Of a stretch of DNA of 64,000 nt, positions 21,495 to 31,942 are shown piece after piece; the stretch's first letter is position 1, and every line of letters begins with the position of its first letter. The DNA is from an uncultured bacterium (GTDB lineage: Bacteria > Krumholzibacteriota > Krumholzibacteriia > Krumholzibacteriales > Krumholzibacteriaceae), in contig CAYWGA010000002.1 in assembly GCA_964457905.1 (NCBI GenBank), positions 3,475 to 67,474 of the forward strand. The letters are read 5' to 3'. The position numbers were made by a program, and so were the translations under genes. The notes beneath the pieces are model-generated. The model made no database searches. It had not been told where the DNA came from and worked only from the letters and a program-made list of their open reading frames with translations.

Positions 21495-22343
21495 ATGACC
21501 GAGTGCTTTTTTGTCTCAGATCTTCACGGCAAGACCAACCGGTACGAAAAGTTGTTCGGTGCGATCAGCAGGGAAAAGCCGGCGGCGGTATTCATCGGCG
21601 GAGATATACTTCCCTCAATCGGATCTACTGCGCCCTTTCACGATTTTCTGTCCGATTTTCTTTACGCAGGCCTGGACCGTCTTCGCTCTTCATTGGGCGA
21701 TAGCTACCCCGCGATCTTCATCATACCGGGCAATGACGACTACCACTCCATAGTGGAAGAGATTGATGCCCTCGCCGATACGGGTCTCCTGTTCAGTATG
21801 CATGGCAGGGTGGAACCTTTCGGCTTATGGAAGATATTCGGATATTCATTTACTCCACCCAGTCCATTCATGCTGAAGGACTGGGAGAAGTACGACGTCT
21901 CCCGCTTCACCGACCCGGGCTGTGTCTCTCCCGAGGAAGGCCGCTATACATTCGAAATCCCGGACTCGGAGAAACGCTACGCGACGATCGCCGCCGATCT
22001 CGAGTCACTTGCCGGCTCTGAGGATCTGGAGAGTGCCGTTTTCCTTTTCCATGCCCCTCCATACAAGACAAATCTGGACCGAGCCGATCTCGACGGCAGG
22101 TATGTCGACAGCATCCCGATGGATGTCAACGTAGGAAGCATAGCGATACGCAGGTTCATCGAGGAGCGTCAGCCCCTCTTGACGCTTCATGGGCATATAC
22201 ATGAATCGGCAAGATTAACGGGAGAATGGAAAGACACAATAGGCGAAACGGTGATGTTCTCGGGAGCCCATGACGGACCGGAACTCGCGCTGGTCAGGTT
22301 CAGGCTGGAAAATCCGGGGAAGGCAGAAAGAGAACTCCTCTAG
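21495..22343 (+). CDS. Calcineurin-like metallophosphoesterase
   Basis: FFVSDLHGK...AVFIGGDILP...IIPGNDD...LTLHGHIHE matches phosphoesterase motifs I-V. Start trimmed to the first ATG after the glnS stop. Confidence 0.6.
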   Translation: MTECFFVSDLHGKTNRYEKLFGAISREKPAAVFIGGDILPSIGSTAPFHDFLSDFLYAGLDRLRSSLGDSYPAIFIIPGNDDYHSIVEEIDALADTGLLFSMHGRVEPFGLWKIFGYSFTPPSPFMLKDWEKYDVSRFTDPGCVSPEEGRYTFEIPDSEKRYATIAADLESLAGSEDLESAVFLFHAPPYKTNLDRADLDGRYVDSIPMDVNVGSIAIRRFIEERQPLLTLHGHIHESARLTGEWKDTIGETVMFSGAHDGPELALVRFRLENPGKAERELL

Positions 22344-25300
22344 CCTTCGCCCGGATCTTTCAGCTTCAAGGGACGGGCGGGGTCCGTCACTGCGCCTATT
22401 TTTACCGCATAACTTGTCTTGTTCTCAATATCCTCATCTGTCACAACGTGTACATCGAGCAGCCCCCCGGAGCGATATCCGGTCCGGTTATAGTTGATCT
22501 CGTCGAGACACAGGCTCCACGCTTCAAGCCAGGTCATCAGATCATTACGCTGATCCTGTGTTCCGCGGAAGTGGACGAGAAGGTCGATATCGCTGGCTAG
22601 CCCGGCAGTTGCGTTCTTCGTGCTTCCAAAGACGTAGAAACCAACTACTCCGAAACGTTCGGGATCGAGTCGGGAGGCGATGTGCTCAGCCATCCTCAGG
22701 CGCCACATCCAGAGATGGTCGGTCGGTTTTTTTGCCTCTGCCTCCATCTCGGTGATCTCTTCCCTGTCCTCTGTCGGATCGGCAAGGATACCAAGTGCCT
22801 CACCCAGATCGGCGTTCATCAGTACCCTCAGGACCCTGCCCTTTGTCGCTTTGGGCACATCGATCAGTTTTATCGTATCGGCCAGCCCGGCATACTCGGG
22901 AAGCACGTCGGGAAGAAGATTTTTCGAGATTGAAAAGAACCTGTCGTTGAAAACGGTTCCCTCATCATCGGGATACAGCGGAAGGTATCTTATCTGTCCT
23001 TCCACGAGATCCTGGAAAAAATGTGTCCCAAACGAAAGATCCGGCTTATAGCCACCTTTGCTGCGTGCGATCTCCATCAGGACCGCTGTATTGTTGATGT
23101 CGGAATATGTCACGCTCACACCGAGTCGTATATCGCCCCTGCTCCCCCATCTGCCCGGTCCCATGAGTACGAACTGGCGCTTGGGCAGGATCTTGTTCAG
23201 CCGGCTGACTGCCCGTCCTACCTCCAGAAGTTCCTCACGGGAGGATATTTCGCCGTATTTCACCGGGTCCACGTATACCACGTGCGTGATATCCGGCACG
23301 CGCCCGTTGGATACATACCTGTCCGCTGAAAATACGATATCCTTCTCGGAGACATCCTTGGGGATGGGAGACGGCGCGATATCTTCCGAATAGCTCTGGG
23401 GCCTGCACTGGAGAAGATAGAAATCGTTGCCGTCATGAGCGAATTCGATGTCGACGGGATTACCGATAGTCTCTTCCAGGGTCTCAAGGATCGCCCGTAC
23501 TTTCCTTACGAATGGCGTATCGCTCAGGAGCCCCTCACACGTCATCAACAGGTCGTCCTTTTCGAAATCGATGCTCATCGGCATCGGCTTGTGCATATGA
23601 CCACCCTTATTGACCAGTACCATCTTTTCAATATTCGGATAGTCGTCGCCATGTGTCCTGAGCAGTTCGCTGATCTCGACCGTTTCGAATGTATTGCTCC
23701 GGAGGTTGATCACATCGATCATCTTCGGGGAATAATGCGCGATCTCTTCGGGAGCCACGTTGACGCGAAGACCGGGTTGTCCCGGCGCCACCAGGATGGG
23801 ATAATCGTCGCTTACCCTGTCGACTGCCCGCGTGCCAAGGCCCGGGACGAGCCTTATCAATCCGTCCTCCCTCTTTATCCTGGGAGACCACCTGAATTCG
23901 TTTCTGCTGAACGCCACCCCGGCGAATGCCGGCAGGAAGTAATCACCCATCCTCGTCCCGATGACCTCCTGGATGAGAATTCCCATCTCCTCGGCAAAAT
24001 CGAGGAGCCCCCTCTCAGCCCTGTATTCGATCGGATCCGGCCCGAAGGAGGAGGCATAGACCTCGGCGATGGCATCCATGAGGGCCTCGAGACACTCCCG
24101 CTTGGATCCCTGGTTGGCAAGAAACAGGCTTTTGTATTTACCGGAAAAAGACGCACCGAGGCTGTCCTCAAGCAGGCTCGAGCTACGGATGATAAGCGGC
24201 TTCCCCTCGCATTCATCGAGGACCATGGACAGCCCCTGAACGACCTCAGGAGGGAACCGTCCATTTTTGAACGATCTTATGACATTCGGATATTCGACTC
24301 TGACCTGATTGATGCTCTTGTACTTTTGCTCCACGACTTCATCCATGTTGTTATACTTCAGGAATCCAAGCAGGATGTCGGAAGTCATGTACCAGCTGTT
24401 GGGGACCTTGATGCTTGAAAGCTCCTCGTCTTCCGCGAAACTTTTTCTGATTATCTGTTTCGCCATGACCAGGCCGGCGCATTTACCCCCGAGCCGTCCA
24501 TGGCTTCCAGTCATATAGATCGTCTTGTCGAGAAACTCGAAGAAATCCGCGATCTCAAAATAATTCTTGGCGATGTTTATATAGTCGAGCTGCGAAGAGA
24601 GGAATCTTCTGACCAGAGATACTATGACTCCGAGCTTGGCGCTCGGAGAGAGATCTATGTTCTCGGAGACCGCATCCCTGTACTGCCTCAACGCTGCAAT
24701 CACATCGGGAAGAGTAAGGTTCCTGTTAGCGATATGTATCAGGTATTTCAGCCTGTCATCCTGGATCCATTTCTGCAGGTATGCATATATCTGGTCACCG
24801 GTGAACTGACTTGTAGCAATCCGGAATATCTCGAAACTCATATCTTCCGTCAGCCTGAGATTACCACTTCTCATCGGCCGGTTCTCGTCCTCCTGGCCCC
24901 TCGCTCCATTCTCATAATAATCCGGCACTATCTTCTGCTGCAGTTTTTCAGCGGCTGAGACACCTTCCCAGCACAGATGATTGAGCATCCTCTCGGTCAC
25001 ATTGTAATAAAGGTCCTTGTCTGTGAACCGCAGAAGGTTCAGGATGACTTTCCAGTCTTCCTTGCCGGAACTGTCCGCCGGCTCGCCCGATAATCCGGCC
25101 TTCACCTTCATATCATCCTGCTGGAGAAGACTGCCGATCCTATCGGCGATGGTCGAAAGCAGCTTTTTCTCCTGCCTCAGAAAGGGACCATCGTCCGCTT
25201 CCGGCATCTCTCGGCTGTAGAAGACAGACAGCTTCCCGGCCTGTCTCTTGCCGACAATGATATCCGCGCTCTGCATCCATGAGGTTTCGGTGAATCCATA

Positions 25301-25519
25301 TTCGCTGTAACTGTCAGGTCCCAGTTCGATTCTCACGCGGCAGTATTTTGGATACTGCCATCCGGACGGAATCGCTGAGACAATCTTCATGCACGTATCC
25401 CCGATATTCCCCTCATGATCCCTTACGATCTCCTCGATGCGGTACAGGCACTCAAGTTCCTTCTCTCTTTCAACAAAGAAACGCATGAGATCATCCGGAT
25501 TATCTTTTTGGTCATGCAT
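22340..25519 (-). CDS. Multidomain protein: N-terminal unknown region, PEP/pyruvate-binding (PPDK_N, ATP-grasp-like) domain, C-terminal Pol-beta-type nucleotidyltransferase
   Basis: RLGGKCAGLVMAKQII and IIRSSSLLEDSLGASFSGKYKSLF are PPDK_N hallmarks. C-terminus FYVFGSTKNATAGLASDIDLLVHF is the G[SG]x9-13Dh[DE]h minimal NTase motif. Its 5' end overlaps the upstream paralog by 8 nt. Confidence 0.6.
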   Translation of the reverse strand: MHDQKDNPDDLMRFFVEREKELECLYRIEEIVRDHEGNIGDTCMKIVSAIPSGWQYPKYCRVRIELGPDSYSEYGFTETSWMQSADIIVGKRQAGKLSVFYSREMPEADDGPFLRQEKKLLSTIADRIGSLLQQDDMKVKAGLSGEPADSSGKEDWKVILNLLRFTDKDLYYNVTERMLNHLCWEGVSAAEKLQQKIVPDYYENGARGQEDENRPMRSGNLRLTEDMSFEIFRIATSQFTGDQIYAYLQKWIQDDRLKYLIHIANRNLTLPDVIAALRQYRDAVSENIDLSPSAKLGVIVSLVRRFLSSQLDYINIAKNYFEIADFFEFLDKTIYMTGSHGRLGGKCAGLVMAKQIIRKSFAEDEELSSIKVPNSWYMTSDILLGFLKYNNMDEVVEQKYKSINQVRVEYPNVIRSFKNGRFPPEVVQGLSMVLDECEGKPLIIRSSSLLEDSLGASFSGKYKSLFLANQGSKRECLEALMDAIAEVYASSFGPDPIEYRAERGLLDFAEEMGILIQEVIGTRMGDYFLPAFAGVAFSRNEFRWSPRIKREDGLIRLVPGLGTRAVDRVSDDYPILVAPGQPGLRVNVAPEEIAHYSPKMIDVINLRSNTFETVEISELLRTHGDDYPNIEKMVLVNKGGHMHKPMPMSIDFEKDDLLMTCEGLLSDTPFVRKVRAILETLEETIGNPVDIEFAHDGNDFYLLQCRPQSYSEDIAPSPIPKDVSEKDIVFSADRYVSNGRVPDITHVVYVDPVKYGEISSREELLEVGRAVSRLNKILPKRQFVLMGPGRWGSRGDIRLGVSVTYSDINNTAVLMEIARSKGGYKPDLSFGTHFFQDLVEGQIRYLPLYPDDEGTVFNDRFFSISKNLLPDVLPEYAGLADTIKLIDVPKATKGRVLRVLMNADLGEALGILADPTEDREEITEMEAEAKKPTDHLWMWRLRMAEHIASRLDPERFGVVGFYVFGSTKNATAGLASDIDLLVHFRGTQDQRNDLMTWLEAWSLCLDEINYNRTGYRSGGLLDVHVVTDEDIENKTSYAVKIGAVTDPARPLKLKDPGEG

Positions 25520-27269
25520 GGAGGATCACCCCCCGGCCGCTCTTTCCGTCGACCTTTACAGTCAGCGGACTGTCGAGTCTGATATGCCGGACATGTTTTG
25601 TCTCGAAACAGGATTCTTTGGTTTTCAGCCATTTCCAGTCTATCGAACGATCGTCGTCATGTCGCATGGAAAAATAGAAGACCTTGAAGCTGGTCAGGTT
25701 GTGGAAGAAATGCGAACCCTGGCTCATCATGTACCCGAAGTTGGAAAGAGAGATCTCCACTATAACCTTCGCTCCGGATATCTGGCCGAAATCGACTGGG
25801 ATCCCGCCCATCTGGTCCGTCGTCCCCCAGCGTCCGAAGCCTACCAGAATGTATTTCCTGCCCTCTCCGACCAGCCTTTCGTTTATCGTCTCTATTTCAG
25901 AAGCGATCTCCCGGGACCTCATTATGTCGAATGTGTCGGGATCGATATATACCAGGTCGGAGATCGAATCATCGGCCCCGTTTCCCAGAACCGTGGTAGA
26001 AGAGATCAGCACTCCCGGATCGTCAAGCTCCTCCTCCGCAACGGTCACTTCAGACTTCGAAACGACCATCGGACGGGCCTGAAGAAATCCGAAATCGGCA
26101 GGTTCACCGAGCGTGCTTCCAAGTCTCATCGCGAACTCGATCTCCACCTTCGCTCCGAGCCGTTCCTCGCATTCCCTCATGACTGTCTTGAGGAGCTCGC
26201 TGAAATGGAAATCCCTGCCTCGAAGGATCGGCGAGAAATCAATGACCCTCGGCCCGTCACGAAAGATTCCGCTCTCGAGACGGTCATCCCTGTGATTATA
26301 TGTCGAGGCGATCAGGCCAAGGGACCCGTCATACTCGCAGTCCTTCAAATCGAATCGATCAAGGTACTCCATCTCTTCAACAGGACTGTATGTATGCAGC
26401 TTCCCCATATTCACTGCCCAGAACCCGGTCTGAGTATGCTTGAGCATATCACCGGTCGACTTGAACGGAGGACCGACAGCGGGCCATTCGGGCGAAAAGG
26501 CCCATGAGATCCCGTCATCGACAATCGTCCTCCCGAGACCGAGTGCCAGCTCGACTACCCCCTCCTCCGGTTCTGCCCTGCCGAAAGGATAAAAATTGAA
26601 CGATCTCATCACGCCTGATACGTGAGGGTAATACCTGTCCCCGAATCTCGTGCCGATGATATCCTGAATTATCACAGCCATCTTTTCATCCTCGATCGAA
26701 TGGCTCACGACCTTCATGTAGTCCCCTGCAGACTTGAAGAATGTAGAGGCATAGATGAATTTTACCGCCTCGGCCAGCTTCTGAAATCTGGAATCCGTAT
26801 CGGGAAGATTGTTGGGGACCATCTTTGTCGCGTAGACACTGGCGAAAGGCTCGAACATGGCATCCTCCAGCAGGCTCGAGGACCTTACCGCCAGAGGTGT
26901 GTGGACCTGCTGCGCGATAGCTCTCAGATCGCCGGCAAGCCCGACAGGAAGGGAAGCTCGCAGAAAAGCGTGGGCCTTGATCTCATCGCGCCTGTCGGAG
27001 AGCGCGATATCGTAGAGGTCGTTCTCCCGCATGAAGAGATCGAAAAACTCCGTTGTAATAACGGTCAGCCTTGGAATAGCGACCGATATAGCCGGTTCGA
27101 ACAGAGGCTTTACCTTATTTCCCAGCGCTTCACCCATCTTCGCCAATCCGTGAGCCTTGCCACCCAACTCACCGGAACCGATGAAAGTAAACCGCTCTTT
27201 CCCGGTAAAGAACTCCCGTTCGAACCGGCTGACAGTAAATTCATCCCTTATGCCGGATTCTTCAGACAA
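25512..27269 (-). CDS. PEP/pyruvate-binding (PPDK_N) domain protein, paralog of 22340..25519 without NTase
   Basis: ELGGKAHGLAKMGEAL and VRSSSLLEDAMFEPFASVYATKMVPN motifs. Shares the post-PPDK_N module (ILVGFGRWGTTD vs VLMGPGRWGSRGD) with the neighbour. Apparent TTG start 6 nt after the gdh stop. Confidence 0.55.
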   Translation of the reverse strand: MSEESGIRDEFTVSRFEREFFTGKERFTFIGSGELGGKAHGLAKMGEALGNKVKPLFEPAISVAIPRLTVITTEFFDLFMRENDLYDIALSDRRDEIKAHAFLRASLPVGLAGDLRAIAQQVHTPLAVRSSSLLEDAMFEPFASVYATKMVPNNLPDTDSRFQKLAEAVKFIYASTFFKSAGDYMKVVSHSIEDEKMAVIIQDIIGTRFGDRYYPHVSGVMRSFNFYPFGRAEPEEGVVELALGLGRTIVDDGISWAFSPEWPAVGPPFKSTGDMLKHTQTGFWAVNMGKLHTYSPVEEMEYLDRFDLKDCEYDGSLGLIASTYNHRDDRLESGIFRDGPRVIDFSPILRGRDFHFSELLKTVMRECEERLGAKVEIEFAMRLGSTLGEPADFGFLQARPMVVSKSEVTVAEEELDDPGVLISSTTVLGNGADDSISDLVYIDPDTFDIMRSREIASEIETINERLVGEGRKYILVGFGRWGTTDQMGGIPVDFGQISGAKVIVEISLSNFGYMMSQGSHFFHNLTSFKVFYFSMRHDDDRSIDWKWLKTKESCFETKHVRHIRLDSPLTVKVDGKSGRGVILHA

Positions 27270-27275
27270 CCGTTA

Positions 27276-28562
27276 TCACACCCATCCCCGGTCCTTGCAT
27301 GCCTGGGCCACACGGCCTACAGCGATGACGTAGGCGGCATCCCTCATGTAGATCTTCTTCTTCGCCGCGAGTGTGCTTACTGCCTCGAAGGCCGACGTCA
27401 TCTTCGAATCAAGCTTTCCGAGGACCTCATCCTTTTCCCAGAAGTAGTTCATGTTACACTGCACCTGCTCGAAGTAGCTGCAGGTCACCCCGCCGGCGTT
27501 CGCCAGAAGGTCGGGGATCATGAAAATCCCTCTTTCGTGGATGGTCTTATCGGCCTCGGGGGTGGTAGGGCCGTTCGCGCCCTCAGCGATGATCTTCACC
27601 GAGTCACTGATCAGGCTGACGTTCTCCTTCGTGATCTGGTTCTCGAGCGCGGCCGGGATTAGTATGTCGACCTCCTGCTCAAGCCAGGCACCGCCATCGA
27701 GGGCCTCATACCCGAGCTTTTCCGCTTTATCCTTCTGGATCCCACCGAAACGGTCGGTTATCCCCCTGAGGACTTCGAGGTCGACACCGTCTGATTTCCT
27801 GAAGCTGTACGACTTCTGTTCCTTCTGGTCCCAGCAGGATACGCAGATGACCTTTCCGCCTAGTTGCTGGTAAAGCTCGATCGCGTGCTGAGCCACATTG
27901 CCGAATCCCTGGACGCTTGCCTTCGTCTTCGAGGGCGGTATGCCGAGCTCCTTCAGCGCTTCCCGGACAGTGAATATCACTCCATATCCGGTCGCTTCGG
28001 TGCGTCCGAGTGAGCCGCCCATACCTACAGGCTTGCCCGTGATGAAACCGGGGAGCCTCTCGCCCCTGAGCATCTCGAACTCGTCGAGCATCCACAGCAT
28101 ATGCTGAGGATTGGTCATGACGTCCGGTGCCGGCACGTCGTTGACAGGTCCCATGTCTCTTGACAACTGCCTGACCCACCCCCGGCAGATCTGCTCCTGC
28201 TCGCGGGCGCTGAGGTTATGGGGATCGCAGATGACGCCGCCCTTGGAGCCTCCCAGTGGAATATCTACTACTGAGGTCTTCCAGGTCATCCACATCGAGA
28301 GCGCCCGGACCGTATCGATCGTCTCCATCGGGTGGAACCTTATCCCACCCTTGGCGGGCCCCCTGGCATCGTTGTGCTGGACCCTGAAACCGCGGAACAC
28401 CCTGGAGCTTCCATCATCCATGACGACAGGGATGCTCACATGATATTCCCGCATGTTGGTGCGAAGAAGTTCCCTGGTCCCCTCATCAAGGTCCAGAACA
28501 TCCGCCACATTGTCGAACTGCTCCTGCGCCATCTCGAAGGCGTTATACGAACGGTCCGCCAT
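27276..28562 (-). CDS. gdh: Glutamate dehydrogenase (~420-aa Thermotoga/Pyrococcus-type family)
   Basis: GGIRFHP...DIPLGGSKGGVICDP active-site motif. C-terminal Rossmann domain. AAGGAGG RBS. Confidence 0.85.
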   Translation of the reverse strand: MADRSYNAFEMAQEQFDNVADVLDLDEGTRELLRTNMREYHVSIPVVMDDGSSRVFRGFRVQHNDARGPAKGGIRFHPMETIDTVRALSMWMTWKTSVVDIPLGGSKGGVICDPHNLSAREQEQICRGWVRQLSRDMGPVNDVPAPDVMTNPQHMLWMLDEFEMLRGERLPGFITGKPVGMGGSLGRTEATGYGVIFTVREALKELGIPPSKTKASVQGFGNVAQHAIELYQQLGGKVICVSCWDQKEQKSYSFRKSDGVDLEVLRGITDRFGGIQKDKAEKLGYEALDGGAWLEQEVDILIPAALENQITKENVSLISDSVKIIAEGANGPTTPEADKTIHERGIFMIPDLLANAGGVTCSYFEQVQCNMNYFWEKDEVLGKLDSKMTSAFEAVSTLAAKKKIYMRDAAYVIAVGRVAQACKDRGWV

Positions 28563-28584
28563 GACTGTTCCTCCTTATGAAACA

Positions 28585-30006
28585 TTAGCTGACGCTTGTT
28601 GTGCTCTGCATCGTTCCCGAGGCACCTTTTTTCTCCTGGTCATCCGGTTTCCTGGCACCGGTCATACTTTTCGCAACCATTCCCGCCGCCTTCATGAGCG
28701 GATATGCCGCGGGAGACGCTGTCAATAACGGGTGGGTGCCGATCTGGGATGTCAGGATCGTGTTTATACTCATCCTGCCCTGTATCAGGAATCCGATCAG
28801 ATTAGTCAGCTCTCCTGTGCTCGGTCCTCCGGAGACCTCTCCGCCCAGCAGCACTCCGGATTCCCTGGCGGCAATGAGCTTCACTTTCTGTTTGTGGGCA
28901 CCGGGCAGTGTCCCGGGGTGCTTGTCCACACCCTCGAAGACGCCGGTGACCATATCGAATCCTTCCTCCCTTGCCTTTGTCTCGGTAAGACCGGCAACGC
29001 CGAATCCGTGGTCGCCGAGGGCCGTGGAGAAGATCGAGATCGTCCCGCTGAAAGTCTTCACGGCTGAAAGTCTGAAAAGATTCATACCGGCGGTTCTCGC
29101 TTCGGCGCAGGCGGTCGATGCAAGCATGGCGTTGCATGGTTTTCTCGTTACGAAATCACGCTTCTCCGCGCAATCCCCGACAGCAAATACATCGGAATCT
29201 TCCGTTCTCATATATTCATCGACACGGATAAATCCCTGTTCTGTCAGGGACAGTCCCGTTTTTTCCGCGAGTACTGTATTCGGGCGGTACCCGACCGAGA
29301 GCACGACTGAATCTGCGTCGATGACCTTGTTGTCATCGAGGATGATTCCAGTGACCTTCTTGTCGCCGATTATCTGCTTGACCCCGTTACCGGTTATCAG
29401 CTTGACCCCTCTTTCCTTCAGGATCCCTTCGGCCTCGATCGCTATCTCCTCGTCAAAGGCCAGCCCGAGCACGTGGGGAAGTATCTCCACGAGGGTCACG
29501 TCCTTGCCCGCCTTGTTCAGTTCGTCCGATAGCTCGACGCCGATGAATCCGCCGCCGATGACGACGACCTTTTTCAATACGTTTATCGAAAGCTGGGTGC
29601 TGTCGAGATATACCTTGTCCTTCGGAACGGTAAAGACGTTCTCCAGGTCCGCGCCCTTGAGCCAGCCGGGACTGTTCGGAATCGAACCGCTGGCGATGAT
29701 CAGTTTCTCGTAACCGATCTCGTCGCCATCTTTCGTGGAACATACCTTTTTCTCTCGGTCGATCCCTGTGACCTCCGCGATGAGTTCTCTTATCCCGGCC
29801 CCGGCAAAGACCTTTCCTGCGGGAAGGAGGTCATTCTCTGTGCTCCCGACCGTACCGAAGATATACGGAATACCGCAGGGTATCAAGACCTTACCATCCT
29901 TGTGGATCACGAGGACATCCTTGTCCGGATAGTGAGTCTTGACTGTCGTTGCCGCAACAAAGCCGGCAGCGCTGCCACCGATGATGATTACATCTGCTTT
30001 ATCCAT
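28585..30006 (-). CDS. FAD-dependent pyridine nucleotide-disulfide oxidoreductase, NADH oxidase/CoA-disulfide reductase family, with ~100-aa C-terminal extension
   Basis: N-terminal VIIIGGSAAG FAD fold. Single redox Cys in VLIPCGIPY (Nox/CoADR class). Second Rossmann motif VVVIGGGFIGVE. GGGAGA RBS. Confidence 0.7.
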   Translation of the reverse strand: MDKADVIIIGGSAAGFVAATTVKTHYPDKDVLVIHKDGKVLIPCGIPYIFGTVGSTENDLLPAGKVFAGAGIRELIAEVTGIDREKKVCSTKDGDEIGYEKLIIASGSIPNSPGWLKGADLENVFTVPKDKVYLDSTQLSINVLKKVVVIGGGFIGVELSDELNKAGKDVTLVEILPHVLGLAFDEEIAIEAEGILKERGVKLITGNGVKQIIGDKKVTGIILDDNKVIDADSVVLSVGYRPNTVLAEKTGLSLTEQGFIRVDEYMRTEDSDVFAVGDCAEKRDFVTRKPCNAMLASTACAEARTAGMNLFRLSAVKTFSGTISIFSTALGDHGFGVAGLTETKAREEGFDMVTGVFEGVDKHPGTLPGAHKQKVKLIAARESGVLLGGEVSGGPSTGELTNLIGFLIQGRMSINTILTSQIGTHPLLTASPAAYPLMKAAGMVAKSMTGARKPDDQEKKGASGTMQSTTSVS

Positions 30007-30065
30007 TCCCGTTCTCCCTTCAAAGTCCTTGTCATGATGCGGTGTCCGTGCGAAACACTAGCAGG

Positions 30066-30080
30066 GCAATGGCCGTGCCA
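30066..30080 (-). promoter_or_regulatory. Sigma-54 promoter (-24 TGGCAC / -12 TTGC) reading toward the nox-gdh-PPDK_N operon
   Basis: Minus-strand sequence TGGCACGGCCATTGC matches TGGCAC-N5-TTGC exactly. About 60 nt upstream of the operon start codon at 30006, directly downstream of the sigma-54 activator gene. Confidence 0.6.
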
Positions 30081-30194
30081 TAAGGAAATAATTCTATAAG
30101 TGATTATATAACAATGCGATATGAATCAGGCGGAAGGAAATGGAAACTAAAAACGTTCCATTATGAAACGGCCTTAATACCGAACTGAAACCAC

Positions 30195-31820
30195 TCAGGG
30201 GTCGATGCCCGATTCCTTGAGTTTGCGCCACAGGGTAGTCTTGCCGATGCCGAGGATATCGGCAGCCTTCGAGCGGTTTCCATTCGTTGTCTCGAGGACC
30301 TTTCTGATATATTCCCGCTCCATCTCGGCCATCGTCATAGCTTCACCGTCCGCTCCGAACGCCATCCGGCCCTCAGCTTCCAACAGTTCCCGCGGGAGAT
30401 GTTCCGGCCGTATCCAGCCGTCATCGGTCAGCACCGCCGCCCGCTCCAGAACATTCTCCAGCTCACGGATATTCCCGGGCCAGTAGTATCTTTCCAGGTG
30501 CCTGATCGAGGCGGGCGCCAGTTTCAGCTTTTCGATCTTGAGCTTTCCGGAGAGACGGGACACAAAGAATCGCGCCAGCGGAATGATATCTATCTTGCGG
30601 TCCCGCAGGGGCGGGATCTCTATCTCTACGACCCCCAGCCGGTAGTAAAGGTCCTCCCTGAACCTTTCCTCCCGGATGAACTGCTTGAGAATCCGGTTGG
30701 TGGAGGCGATAACCCTGACGTCCACGGGCCTGTTGCGGTTATCCCCCACGCGGCGGATCTGTCTTTCCTGAAGCACGCGAAGAAGGGCTATCTGAAGGGC
30801 GGGAGAGATGTCGCCTATCTCGTCGAGCAGGATCGTCCCTCCGCTCGCTTCCTCGAAAAGCCCCACACGGTCGCGCACTGCCCCGGTGAATGATCCCGCG
30901 ACATGCCCGAACAGCTCGCTCGTCAGAAGCGTTTCAGGAAGCGCCGCGCAGTTCATCGCGACGAACTGCTTGTGTTTTCTCGGCGAACTGTCGTGGATGA
31001 ATCTCGCGAGCACCTCCTTGCCCACACCACTTTCTCCGGTTATCAGCACCGACGAATCAAAACGCGCCACACGGGAGGCCGTCTCGAGGACCTGCCGGTA
31101 CGGCTTGCTCCTGAGCTCCGGGGTGTTCCCGATGCTGAGGGGCACTATTTGCTGAAGCCTCTTCTGCTTCCGCGCGAGATCCAGGGTCTTCTTTCTCAGC
31201 TCGGTCATCAGGTCCTCTACCTTGCCCTGGATATCCTCCGACGCGAAATCCTCGACGAATTGATCCGCTTCGGCTCCCCACGAGTCGAGATCCTTTCCGA
31301 CGACCTCGCATACCTTGTCACCCCTGCAGCGACAGCTCTCCTCCCTGAAATAGACAGGCTTCTTCAGGCAGTAAGAAGCGTAACCGCTCGCGTAACCCTC
31401 CATTATCCAACACCCGGATTTTTTCGACACCCCTATTTCGATCAGCTGCTCATCGGCCTCGGCAGAATCGAGCCAGAGCACATCCATCTGAAACGTTCCA
31501 TCCTCCCCGACCATCATCTCCACGATCTCAGTCTTCGCCACGCCCTGCAGGGCGTGAAGATGCGGCCCCGCCCTCAACCATTCCTCCCTGCTGTCCCAGT
31601 CGACGATACTCTCCATCGCCGCGGCGTCTGCCTTGCCCCAGTAATAACCGAACCTGGCCAGTATCTTCCTCGTCTGTTCCGTCCCTATGGAGTTGACGAG
31701 GTCCTTTCGAAGCTGGGCCATTGCATGGATGTCATGAAGCACGAGCCTGCGACCTTGAAGACTCAACAGGCCCTCGGAGAAGGAGACGATATCTTCCAGC
31801 TTCAGATCTTCGGCTTTCAT
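30195..31820 (-). CDS. Sigma-54-dependent transcriptional activator with XylR-N/V4R-type sensing domain
   Basis: AAA+ sigma-54 interaction domain (GESGVGKEV, ESELFGHVAGSFTGA). C-terminal Fis-type HTH (AADILGIGKTTLWRKLK). N-terminal ~200 aa resembles the XylR/DmpR effector domain with Cys-rich V4R segment. Confidence 0.85.
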   Translation of the reverse strand: MKAEDLKLEDIVSFSEGLLSLQGRRLVLHDIHAMAQLRKDLVNSIGTEQTRKILARFGYYWGKADAAAMESIVDWDSREEWLRAGPHLHALQGVAKTEIVEMMVGEDGTFQMDVLWLDSAEADEQLIEIGVSKKSGCWIMEGYASGYASYCLKKPVYFREESCRCRGDKVCEVVGKDLDSWGAEADQFVEDFASEDIQGKVEDLMTELRKKTLDLARKQKRLQQIVPLSIGNTPELRSKPYRQVLETASRVARFDSSVLITGESGVGKEVLARFIHDSSPRKHKQFVAMNCAALPETLLTSELFGHVAGSFTGAVRDRVGLFEEASGGTILLDEIGDISPALQIALLRVLQERQIRRVGDNRNRPVDVRVIASTNRILKQFIREERFREDLYYRLGVVEIEIPPLRDRKIDIIPLARFFVSRLSGKLKIEKLKLAPASIRHLERYYWPGNIRELENVLERAAVLTDDGWIRPEHLPRELLEAEGRMAFGADGEAMTMAEMEREYIRKVLETTNGNRSKAADILGIGKTTLWRKLKESGIDP

Positions 31821-31942
31821 CAGACATACCCTTTCATATTGAAATAACTATGTTCCAGTATAGAACGGTGCGCTCACTTTGTCAAATATCCTGTTTTCGT
31901 CCATTTTGTTGCGGCAGTTACAGTTCCAGCATATCGGCCCCA

